From a virus, in IMG/VR virus record IMGVR_UViG_3300031957_002648, positions 12,088 through 76,087 of that record: DNA of 64,000 nucleotides; one strand, given 5' to 3'. Positions 56,806 to 64,000 of this stretch are shown piece after piece. Within the stretch, counting starts at the first letter, position 1. The number at the start of each line of letters is the position of its first letter. A program made the translations under genes and the position numbers. The notes beneath the pieces were generated by a model. It made no database searches. It was given only the letters and a program-made list of their open reading frames with translations, and was not told the DNA's origin.

Positions 56806-56831
56806 AAAAAAAAGGGGTCCTTAGGGACCCC
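56806..56831 (-). terminator. Rho-independent terminator
   Basis: GGGGTCC-CTAA-GGACCCC followed by T8. Confidence 0.88.
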
Positions 56832-56856
56832 CGTATTATAGCACTTATTCTGTGAT

Positions 56857-57219
56857 TCAGAATGCGTACTTAACGCCAAGCTTACCGCCAACGTTGGTGT
56901 CGTCGTCACCGGTCAGGAAGGAAATCTCACCATATGCACTCAGTTCATCGGTGATGCCAACGGAAGCACCTGCCTTACCAGAGAACTCAGTCTCAGTGTC
57001 GGCACCGTCAACGGCAACGATTGCAGGACCACCCTGAACATACCAGGCAGCATTATCGCCTAGAGGACCTTCGTAGCCTACATGAAGGTCAGTGACTGCT
57101 CCAGAGTAATCATCGCCAACCCAACCAGCGTTGGTTTCGACATTGACATAAGGGCCTGCGACAGCAGCACCAGCGGACATGGAGAGAGCAGCAGTTGCTG
57201 CGAATACAGACTTGAACAT
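56857..57219 (-). CDS. Small outer-membrane beta-barrel-like protein
   Basis: Signal peptide, amphipathic strands, terminal KLGVKYAF motif. Confidence 0.8.
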   Translation of the reverse strand: MFKSVFAATAALSMSAGAAVAGPYVNVETNAGWVGDDYSGAVTDLHVGYEGPLGDNAAWYVQGGPAIVAVDGADTETEFSGKAGASVGITDELSAYGEISFLTGDDDTNVGGKLGVKYAF

Positions 57220-57296
57220 TTGAAATACCTCGTTAATTTGCTTGCGGAATGTTTACCCGCAGATGATGGATCGGTTCGACTCCCGATCGCTTGAAG

Positions 57297-57326
57297 ATTA
57301 TACTACCGATTGGTAGTCTTTGTCAA
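57297..57326 (-). promoter_or_regulatory. Sigma70-type promoter with palindromic spacer
   Basis: TTGACA-N18-TATAAT; ACTACC-N4-GGTAGT in the spacer. Confidence 0.7.
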
Positions 57327-57425
57327 CAGTCCTTCAGGTGAGTAATTGAGACCTGTTCCAGACTGTTACAATTCATGAAGCGCCTCATGAATACCTATTT
57401 ATCATAACAGGATTTTGAGAGTTGG

Positions 57426-57551
57426 TCAAGGGCTTGGGACATATGCGGGGATCATCATACCTCCCTGGTGATCGTCGTCGTCATCAACATTGTCATTGAA
57501 AGCGGCTCCAAAAATGAATGCTCCCAATAGAATAGTTGCTAACAATAACAT
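57426..57551 (-). CDS. Small membrane protein (41 aa)
   Basis: MLLLATILLGAFIFGAAF...DDDDDHQGGMMIP. Confidence 0.65.
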   Translation of the reverse strand: MLLLATILLGAFIFGAAFNDNVDDDDDHQGGMMIPAYVPSP

Positions 57552-57658
57552 CACCATACTCCAGGAATGATTTGGCCGGTTACAGCGTATGATCCCATAG
57601 CGGCAATAACCCCGATCATTGCTGCCCAACCATTAATGCGTTCTGCTTTTTCGTTCAT
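57551..57658 (-). CDS. hli: High-light-inducible protein (35 aa)
   Basis: MNEKAERINGWAAMIG...TGQIIPGVW; missed by the track. Confidence 0.93.
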   Translation of the reverse strand: MNEKAERINGWAAMIGVIAAMGSYAVTGQIIPGVW

Positions 57659-57663
57659 TGTTT

Positions 57664-57957
57664 TTAGTACAGATTTTCTTCTTGTTCAGTTAGAATTGTA
57701 ACATCGGAAGTAGGATATGCAACACAAGTTAGAACAAATCCTTCTTCCATTTGATCATCATCAAGGAAAGATTGATCAGATTGATCTACCGTCCCGCTAA
57801 TGATCTTACCAGCACAGGATGAACATGCACCTGCACGGCAAGAGTAATTAAGGTCCAGACCTGATGCCTCACCGGCATCAAGAATGTATTGATCACTTTC
57901 ACAAGGAACGGTAGTCTCAGAGCCGTCGGGAGTACGGAACGTAATGTTGAAAGTCAT
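57664..57957 (-). CDS. petF: 2Fe-2S ferredoxin
   Basis: [13 protein letters not shown]...VLTCVAYP. Confidence 0.97.
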   Translation of the reverse strand: MTFNITFRTPDGSETTVPCESDQYILDAGEASGLDLNYSCRAGACSSCAGKIISGTVDQSDQSFLDDDQMEEGFVLTCVAYPTSDVTILTEQEENLY

Positions 57958-58044
57958 TTAATAAGTTTCGGAAAGTTGTTGTACAGAGTAACCTAGTAAG
58001 ACAAAAAATGCAATACTAGTTAGGGTGAAAATTGCTTCAGTCAT
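57958..58044 (-). CDS. Small membrane peptide (28 aa)
   Basis: MTEAIFTLTSIAFFVLLGYSVQQLSETY*; exactly fills the hli-petF gap. Confidence 0.6.
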   Translation of the reverse strand: MTEAIFTLTSIAFFVLLGYSVQQLSETY

Positions 58045-58262
58045 CAGAATCCGAAAAGACCAAAGAAAAATACACTACCAGTAGTAGCATAAGAAATAAC
58101 AGCAGCAGCGAATCCAACCATAGCAGTACGTCCATTGAGTTTCTCTGCCTTTTCAGCATACGTCTCAATGCCGTAACGATCTAGATCTTCTTTAGTCATA
58201 TACATTGTGGGTTCGGTTGCCCACATGTTTTGCTGGCCACGGTCATTAGTAGTTACGGTCAT
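58044..58262 (-). CDS. hli: High-light-inducible protein (long form)
   Basis: GQQNMWATEP...AEKLNGRTAMVG. Confidence 0.92.
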   Translation of the reverse strand: MTVTTNDRGQQNMWATEPTMYMTKEDLDRYGIETYAEKAEKLNGRTAMVGFAAAVISYATTGSVFFFGLFGF

Positions 58263-58286
58263 TGACTTGTGTAAAGAACTGTTACT

Positions 58287-58315
58287 ATTATATAGCATTT
58301 CTTTACATTCGTCAA
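58287..58315 (-). promoter_or_regulatory. Sigma70 promoter of the hli-petF-hli operon
   Basis: TTGACG-N17-TATAAT. Confidence 0.82.
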
Positions 58316-59100
58316 GAAGATTGTGGGGGGAGGCGGCCTAAGAATGGATCGTACTCAAACAATTCGTTCCAGTTATCGATAGTGGCCGCAGTCTGTTTCC
58401 AGAAACCCCACAATGCATTATACGATGAACGATGAAAAACTTCAATGTGTATGTCATGAATGTCTGACCCAAGGTCAATCTTATACATGAAAAGAGGCAT
58501 AGCAAAAGTGTTTCCAGCGTTGTACACCAAATCATCTGCTACAGCTCTGGGTTTAATCCCTTGATCTAATTTGAATTTATCATCTCTACAATGCATCCTA
58601 ACTAATTTCTCTGCATGGTGGCGAGTTATCATATAACAAGCCGTAGAGAAATCATTTACAAACCTCTTATGCATTCTTAAAGTGATTGCCTGAGGATTAA
58701 TGATTGCAAGTTGAATAACATCAAAATCATATGGAACTTGCCTGTAAAAGTCTTTCCAGGAAAACGGCCAATATTTTACCGTATCCAAATCACAATCATC
58801 TTCCATGACAAGAAGAACTTGCTCATCACTATTTTCCAACCAATGTTTTAATAACTTTAGGTGTGAAGTAACACATCCTATTTCACCAGAAATAACATTC
58901 TCTGGATAACGACCCTTGATAATACTGCTCAAGTCATCTTCTCTACCATCACAAGCAGAGATTCTTGTGTACTTTTCAATGCCCCAGTATTCAAACTGGT
59001 TTTCCATGTACTCCTTACGATCTACTTTATCATCTAAATTGATATAGTAAATTTCTGGAATTCCTTCCAGTTTATACATTGATTTATTTTTGTCCATCAT
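58312..59100 (-). CDS. Glycosyltransferase family 25
   Basis: YYINLD...RISACDG...GEIGCVTSH...VMEDD. Confidence 0.9.
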   Translation of the reverse strand: MMDKNKSMYKLEGIPEIYYINLDDKVDRKEYMENQFEYWGIEKYTRISACDGREDDLSSIIKGRYPENVISGEIGCVTSHLKLLKHWLENSDEQVLLVMEDDCDLDTVKYWPFSWKDFYRQVPYDFDVIQLAIINPQAITLRMHKRFVNDFSTACYMITRHHAEKLVRMHCRDDKFKLDQGIKPRAVADDLVYNAGNTFAMPLFMYKIDLGSDIHDIHIEVFHRSSYNALWGFWKQTAATIDNWNELFEYDPFLGRLPPQSS

Positions 59101-59900
59101 TCAGAATCAAGTAATTGCCAGCGTTCAGGAATCAAATCCTCTATTGATTTATCTTGGTTATTCGGGCCAAACCATTTGACTGGAGCCACGACTTCATCAT
59201 AACCAGACAACCAAGCTCCCCACCAAGAGAAAGAGGAGTTGGCAATGATGTGTGATGTACAGAATGTCATCAAACACATATCAGCAGCATTATATCCAGA
59301 CTCGGAAATCATAAATCTATCGCCACTGAATAGTTTTTGTTTTTTACACCACTCAGTATCATCTGAAAATACAAGAACCTTGCGATTAGTATCGAACATA
59401 CCTAAAGCCTTTTCATAATAGTCCAGACCTAGATTGTAATGATTTGCTTTATTGGGAATGTAATCTGTCCTACGGACGTGCAATGAAATACAATTGGGAT
59501 TCTCCATCATAAATTCTGAGCATGGAGATAGAATTTCTGGACGAAATGTAAAGTCTCTTCTGATCTCATGTTCAATATGTTTGAAATATTTTTCTGTTTG
59601 AAAAAATCCCCAGAGACTTACATCATTAGGACACTGATTGAACAAGAGTCTATCAAAAGTAAAATTAACTTCCTTTGCAAGGGGAGCATGGCCACCATCA
59701 AGATATCCAACGTTCCTACGATTCAATCCCACAAGATCAAACACTTGGAACAGTTGATGCTCTGTCCATTCGTTTGATTCATCAGAGTCGGGAATGCCGA
59801 AATCATATCCCCGGTTAGCAGCAATGCCTCGTAGAGAGGCATACTGAAACATTTGATTTCCAAGTCTACCCAAATGGCCTAGGTGATTAAATGCTAGCAT
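59097..59900 (-). CDS. Glycosyltransferase family 11 (alpha-1,2-fucosyltransferase-like)
   Basis: GRLGNQMFQYA, HVRRTDY, IIANSSFSWWGAWL. Confidence 0.92.
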   Translation of the reverse strand: MLAFNHLGHLGRLGNQMFQYASLRGIAANRGYDFGIPDSDESNEWTEHQLFQVFDLVGLNRRNVGYLDGGHAPLAKEVNFTFDRLLFNQCPNDVSLWGFFQTEKYFKHIEHEIRRDFTFRPEILSPCSEFMMENPNCISLHVRRTDYIPNKANHYNLGLDYYEKALGMFDTNRKVLVFSDDTEWCKKQKLFSGDRFMISESGYNAADMCLMTFCTSHIIANSSFSWWGAWLSGYDEVVAPVKWFGPNNQDKSIEDLIPERWQLLDSE

Positions 59901-60696
59901 ATCTCTCCTTTAAATATGGAACTTGTTTGTAGTATTGAGCAACTTGTTCTTTGGAAGAACTGCGAAGTCTTTGCCATAGATTGTGATTATCCATGAACTT
60001 GGGATTGTTGTAGTGAGAGTTGTGTGTTCTACTATGCTCAAAATGCCAGATAGGCCCATCAATTCTACCTACTTTATATCCTAGTATATTAAATCGGAAG
60101 TAGAACTCACAATCTTCTGCACCCCATGAAATAAATTCTTCATTCCACATTCCACCCTTAATGACAGCATCTTTGCTGTAAAATTGAGTCCATCCAATTG
60201 TAGATGATTCTGTGCGCGTATGTGGTTGAATCACACGAACATCATGGCCAGACTCTAGGAACCTCTGGAAGACATCCATACCATAGTTTACTTGGTATTG
60301 CCACACTCCACACCCATAGGGGTATACAACGTCCATCTGGCCACTTCTAATAGAATCATACGCCATCTGATGTGACTTCAGTGGATATACAACGTCAACA
60401 TCATGACTGCAGATGATTTCAGTGTCTGCCATCATGATAAGATCATTTAGGTAACGTGTCTTGTGAAACGTTCTGCCGTCAGACTCTTCAAAAATGTGCT
60501 CCAACTGTTTAGTAGAAACTTGTTTTTTAATTTCTGGAAGAGCTCTAAATTTAAAAGTAGATCTAGTGTCTACCTCTTTAACTAAAACCTTTGCCTCGGG
60601 GAACTTGCTGAGTAGAAAAGTAACCGAGGTGATTACATTTCTGAGACGATCTTCTGACTCAATTTTTGTCGGAAGAATATAAGTTAAATCTTTCAT
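59887..60696 (-). CDS. GT-A glycosyltransferase (GT2/GT7-like)
   Basis: HDVD (DxD), GGMWNEEFISWGAED. Confidence 0.8.
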   Translation of the reverse strand: MKDLTYILPTKIESEDRLRNVITSVTFLLSKFPEAKVLVKEVDTRSTFKFRALPEIKKQVSTKQLEHIFEESDGRTFHKTRYLNDLIMMADTEIICSHDVDVVYPLKSHQMAYDSIRSGQMDVVYPYGCGVWQYQVNYGMDVFQRFLESGHDVRVIQPHTRTESSTIGWTQFYSKDAVIKGGMWNEEFISWGAEDCEFYFRFNILGYKVGRIDGPIWHFEHSRTHNSHYNNPKFMDNHNLWQRLRSSSKEQVAQYYKQVPYLKERYASI

Positions 60697-61547
60697 AGTT
60701 CTATCCAACCCTCTGGAATAAGATCACTCATATCATAGTGAGAAAACTGTGGACCAAACCAATTCTTAGGTGCAATCACTTTCTTGTCTTTATTTTTAAT
60801 CAACCAGGCTCCCCACCAAGAGAAAGAAGAGTTGGCAATAATTGCGTCGGTGCAAAGAGACATTAGACACAAGTCTGTCCAGGGAACTCTTTGCCCATCT
60901 GCTAATTCATCTGTTGTTTCTGAAAAAATAAATCTATCTGATTTGAAAAACTCTTGTTCTTTACACCACTCAATAACGTCAGAAAATACAACGACAGGAA
61001 TATCATCAGGAAATTCCGCAAGTGCTTTTTCATAATAGTCCCATGTTTGAATTGGATGGGCATTTTGTAAATTCACATACGCCCATGGAAGTTTGGGATC
61101 ACCTCTACGAATGTGCAAGAAAATCTTACGTTCCCCAAGATCTTCAATCACTTGTTCACATGGCCCAAGAATCTCATCATGGAAAGTAAAGTCTTTACGA
61201 ATTTCATTTTCAATATTTTTGAAATACTTTTCTGACTGAAAATATCCATCTAGATTTACATCATCAGGACATCCATCAAACAACTGTTTATTGAAATGAA
61301 ATTCTTTCCACACAACCCACTTGGATATTGTAGATAGACCCCAATGGTCTTCCGTAGCAGATTCTAACTTGAATGTTTCAAACATACAGTAGTTATTTTC
61401 TGTACCAAACTCATCAACACCAGAGGTTCCAGGACGTGGGATAGCCCAATCGTATCCATTATTTGCAGCAATACCTCTGAGTGCTGCATATTGAAACATC
61501 TGATTCCCCAGACGACCAGACTTTCCTAACTTATTAAAGGTAAGCAT
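60693..61547 (-). CDS. Glycosyltransferase family 11
   Basis: GRLGNQMFQYA, HIRRGD, NSSFSWWGAWL. Confidence 0.92.
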   Translation of the reverse strand: MLTFNKLGKSGRLGNQMFQYAALRGIAANNGYDWAIPRPGTSGVDEFGTENNYCMFETFKLESATEDHWGLSTISKWVVWKEFHFNKQLFDGCPDDVNLDGYFQSEKYFKNIENEIRKDFTFHDEILGPCEQVIEDLGERKIFLHIRRGDPKLPWAYVNLQNAHPIQTWDYYEKALAEFPDDIPVVVFSDVIEWCKEQEFFKSDRFIFSETTDELADGQRVPWTDLCLMSLCTDAIIANSSFSWWGAWLIKNKDKKVIAPKNWFGPQFSHYDMSDLIPEGWIEL

Positions 61548-62383
61548 TAAATAATCTCCCAGTACGACGGCAGTAAATCATTCATATTGTAGTGAGCGTA
61601 GGCAGATCCAAACCAAGTATTAGGAGCAATAACTTTTTCAGAGCCATCCTGCAACCAAGCTCCCCACCAACTCATACTACTGTTAGCAATTATAGCACCC
61701 TTGCACATTGACATCAAGCATAAGTCATAATATGGAACTAATGATTGTTGAATAGATCCATCACCTAGTTGTATCTTATTTGGATATTTTATATGTCCTT
61801 CTGAGATAAGAAAACGATCTTCCTTGAAGTTTTCTTTACACCAATCAAGAGTATCAGAAAAAACTAATACATTCACATCATGTGGAAAGAAAGTTAGAGC
61901 CTCTTTATAATATTCAATGGGTAAGCATGGATGATGATTTGGAGTTGCAACATAATCTCCACGTCTTACATGAAGAAAAATAGCATCACCAACATCATCC
62001 ATCACTTCTTTACAAGACTCATAGATCTCATCATTAAACTGAAAGTCTTCTCTGATTTGATCTTCTATATCTGTAAAATATTTTTCTGTCTGAAAATATC
62101 CATTCAAATTTATATTATCAGGACAGTTCTTGTATAGGTTTTCGTTGAAATGAAATAATTCATTCTCAACTGTTCTACCAGAGCCAAGACCAATGTTCTT
62201 TTCAGAAACATTAGTCATCTTAAAACATTCAAACAACCCGTAGTTGCAGGTTGATGGGGTATCTTCTGGTGGGATTAAAAAATCAACTTTTCTATTTGCT
62301 GCAATGCCACGCAATCCAGCATACTGAAACATTTGATTGCCTAGTCTACCGTTTGATCCCAAACGATTATACGATATGGCCAT
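61547..62383 (-). CDS. Glycosyltransferase family 11
   Basis: GRLGNQMFQYA, HVRRGDY, NSSMSWWGAWL. Confidence 0.92.
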   Translation of the reverse strand: MAISYNRLGSNGRLGNQMFQYAGLRGIAANRKVDFLIPPEDTPSTCNYGLFECFKMTNVSEKNIGLGSGRTVENELFHFNENLYKNCPDNINLNGYFQTEKYFTDIEDQIREDFQFNDEIYESCKEVMDDVGDAIFLHVRRGDYVATPNHHPCLPIEYYKEALTFFPHDVNVLVFSDTLDWCKENFKEDRFLISEGHIKYPNKIQLGDGSIQQSLVPYYDLCLMSMCKGAIIANSSMSWWGAWLQDGSEKVIAPNTWFGSAYAHYNMNDLLPSYWEII

Positions 62384-63224
62384 AATGTGTTTTCATCTCA
62401 TTGAATACTTTAGCAATACCATCCTGAAGATTAGTTTTTGGCAACCACCAACCAGAGATGTAAGTATTTGCTTCATTTCTTTTATCTAGTTGAACAGAAT
62501 CCTTCGCAATTCCAGGAGAAATTCTGATTGGTTTTCCAATCATGTTAAATTGCCCTTGAATAATTTGAGCGACTTCTTTAATAGAAGTAGAATTGAAAGA
62601 AGTAATGTGCAATGGATCTTCTGGTTTGAAATCTGTATATGATTCCATCACAGTTTCTAGTGCCTCACAACAGTCCTCAGCATAGAGAAACTGACGTTCC
62701 TCTGTGCCATCAGTCATCATTTCAAAATCACCCTCTTCAAATCCTTTACGAATAAAGTCAGTGATCACATGAGCTTTTGCGACATCATTTTCAATGCCAT
62801 ATACATTCCAAAACTTAACCGTCAATCCTTTTAGAGATTTAGTATACAGTTCTCCTATTTTTTTGGCAGCACCATAAGGAGAGTGTGCCATATTACTCAT
62901 CTGAGATGATGCAAAGACAAATCTCTTATTGTATTTTTGTAGCAAACCAAAAACGTTTGCCATCATACGAGTGTTGTTGTCGATAAACCTAAAAGTGTGC
63001 TGATACTTTTTAAGGTATCGAGATCCACCAACATCAAAAGCCAAAAAGAAAACAAAGTCAGAGTCTGCAATTTTTTCCTCCAGTAGTGGGTTTGGAATTA
63101 GTGTCAGGTCTTCATGTGGTGTTTTGTTTTTGTCAAACTCATGCACATAATGTCCTTTTTTACGCAAATAACTCGTCAAGTAAGCACCAATCTGCCCACT
63201 TGATCCGAGAATAGTAATCTTCAT
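62367..63224 (-). CDS. NAD-dependent nucleotide-sugar epimerase/dehydratase
   Basis: LGSSGQIG, YGAAK (YxxxK), NVYG, RQFLYAED. Confidence 0.9.
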   Translation of the reverse strand: MKITILGSSGQIGAYLTSYLRKKGHYVHEFDKNKTPHEDLTLIPNPLLEEKIADSDFVFFLAFDVGGSRYLKKYQHTFRFIDNNTRMMANVFGLLQKYNKRFVFASSQMSNMAHSPYGAAKKIGELYTKSLKGLTVKFWNVYGIENDVAKAHVITDFIRKGFEEGDFEMMTDGTEERQFLYAEDCCEALETVMESYTDFKPEDPLHITSFNSTSIKEVAQIIQGQFNMIGKPIRISPGIAKDSVQLDKRNEANTYISGWWLPKTNLQDGIAKVFNEMKTHYGHIV

Positions 63225-63595
63225 TAGTCTCCTTTCTCAATACGAATACTGTCTTCATCAAAATGTTCAGTAGAAAACTCATACATCACAGTATCTTCCA
63301 GTGCTTTCATCCTATGTCTCATACCAGGAGGAACATGAAACTTTTCACCAGGATTTAGTTCTGTGACGAGGGCCTTGCTCAAGGCATCTGAGTAACCGTA
63401 GTATACTATAAGTTTTCCACTTTGTACATAAAAAACTTCATCTTTTATTTCGTGGTAATGCCAAGAACATTGCTTATCCTTACAGAACCATAGAATTTTA
63501 CCACAATAATGTGGACCGTTTGTGATCCACTTTTCGTAACCCCATCCTTTAGGGACGAACTTGATAGGGTCGTTTTGTGAAGAAGTCATTGTCAC
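63224..63595 (-). CDS. Cupin (sugar isomerase-like)
   Basis: KGWGYE, SWHYHEIKDE, PGMRHR. Confidence 0.85.
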   Translation of the reverse strand: MTMTSSQNDPIKFVPKGWGYEKWITNGPHYCGKILWFCKDKQCSWHYHEIKDEVFYVQSGKLIVYYGYSDALSKALVTELNPGEKFHVPPGMRHRMKALEDTVMYEFSTEHFDEDSIRIEKGD

Positions 63596-63899
63596 TCATT
63601 CCTTTATCGTCAATGTAATAATCACCAGAAGGTTTACCAAGATGAAGTTCATGGTACTTACAACCCCAAGACTTTAACTGAGCCTCGGTGAAGGTGTAGA
63701 ATTCCTTTTCCGCTAACTCGCGGGAGTTATCAAATCTACCCATACCTCTAGCAGTCAAATAGACAACGTAGTCACCGTTATCATATAATTTATTTATTTC
63801 CTGAATTCTATCCCATCTTGGAGTTGCATGTGTGTATCGATTTTCACCTGCACCAGGATAACAAATAGTGCCATCAATATCAATCACATATCGAATCAT
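63549..63899 (-). CDS. HAD-family phosphatase (capsule-biosynthesis type)
   Basis: DIDGTIC, LTARG, GKPSGDYYIDDK. Confidence 0.88.
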   Translation of the reverse strand: MIRYVIDIDGTICYPGAGENRYTHATPRWDRIQEINKLYDNGDYVVYLTARGMGRFDNSRELAEKEFYTFTEAQLKSWGCKYHELHLGKPSGDYYIDDKGMSDNDFFTKRPYQVRP

Positions 63900-64000
63900 T
63901 TGAAACACCTCCTATAAGCTTCCCAGAACCTAAGGGTTTCTTCAGGAACATATGACTTCCAACTTTGAATGTTGCTCACAAAATTCTGAGTATGAGTATA
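63896..64000 (-). CDS. 3' end of an upstream gene (partial)
   Basis: ...VPEETLRFWEAYRRCFK* with an ATGA overlap onto the HAD gene. Confidence 0.6.
   Translation of the reverse strand, partial: YTHTQNFVSNIQSWKSYVPEETLRFWEAYRRCFK

Noticed and set aside
57552-57629. N-terminal extension of the 67-aa track ORF
   Set aside because: Off-frame reading of an hli gene

Overview
64 kb segment of a large T4-like marine cyanophage (cyanomyovirus) genome, mostly minus-strand. Left to right: the 5' part of a very large virion structural gene running off the window edge; a tRNA cluster (Leu-UAA, CAU, Ile-UAU) with a structured RNA between two of the tRNAs; the baseplate/tail module (gp5 family, gp27-like hub, two tape-measure-like genes, gp26/gp51, gp54-like, gp4, gp2-like, gp48, gp53) with cp12 embedded in it; gp32, gp33, an exonuclease, phoH, thyX and glutaredoxin; a glutamine-riboswitch-like locus; psbD and psbA with a PhotoRC-II-like leader; an 18 kb tail-fibre island with repeat-rich giant proteins; a cassette of probably exported proteins containing an HNH endonuclease; many small ORFs; ndhP-like, gnd, petE, an outer-membrane protein, two hli genes and petF; and the start of a glycosyltransferase island (GT25, three GT11, GT2/7, epimerase, cupin, HAD). 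Most notable hidden signals: (1) a double glutamine-aptamer-like RNA with a 64-codon ORF inside it, downstream of an NtcA box; (2) a likely programmed -1 frameshift joining gp26 to gp51 just upstream of the tape-measure-like genes; (3) a dnaX-style A_AAA_AAG frameshift cassette next to petE; (4) heavily overlapping secreted-protein genes of unknown function. All family assignments come from motif recognition by eye; no database searches were run.
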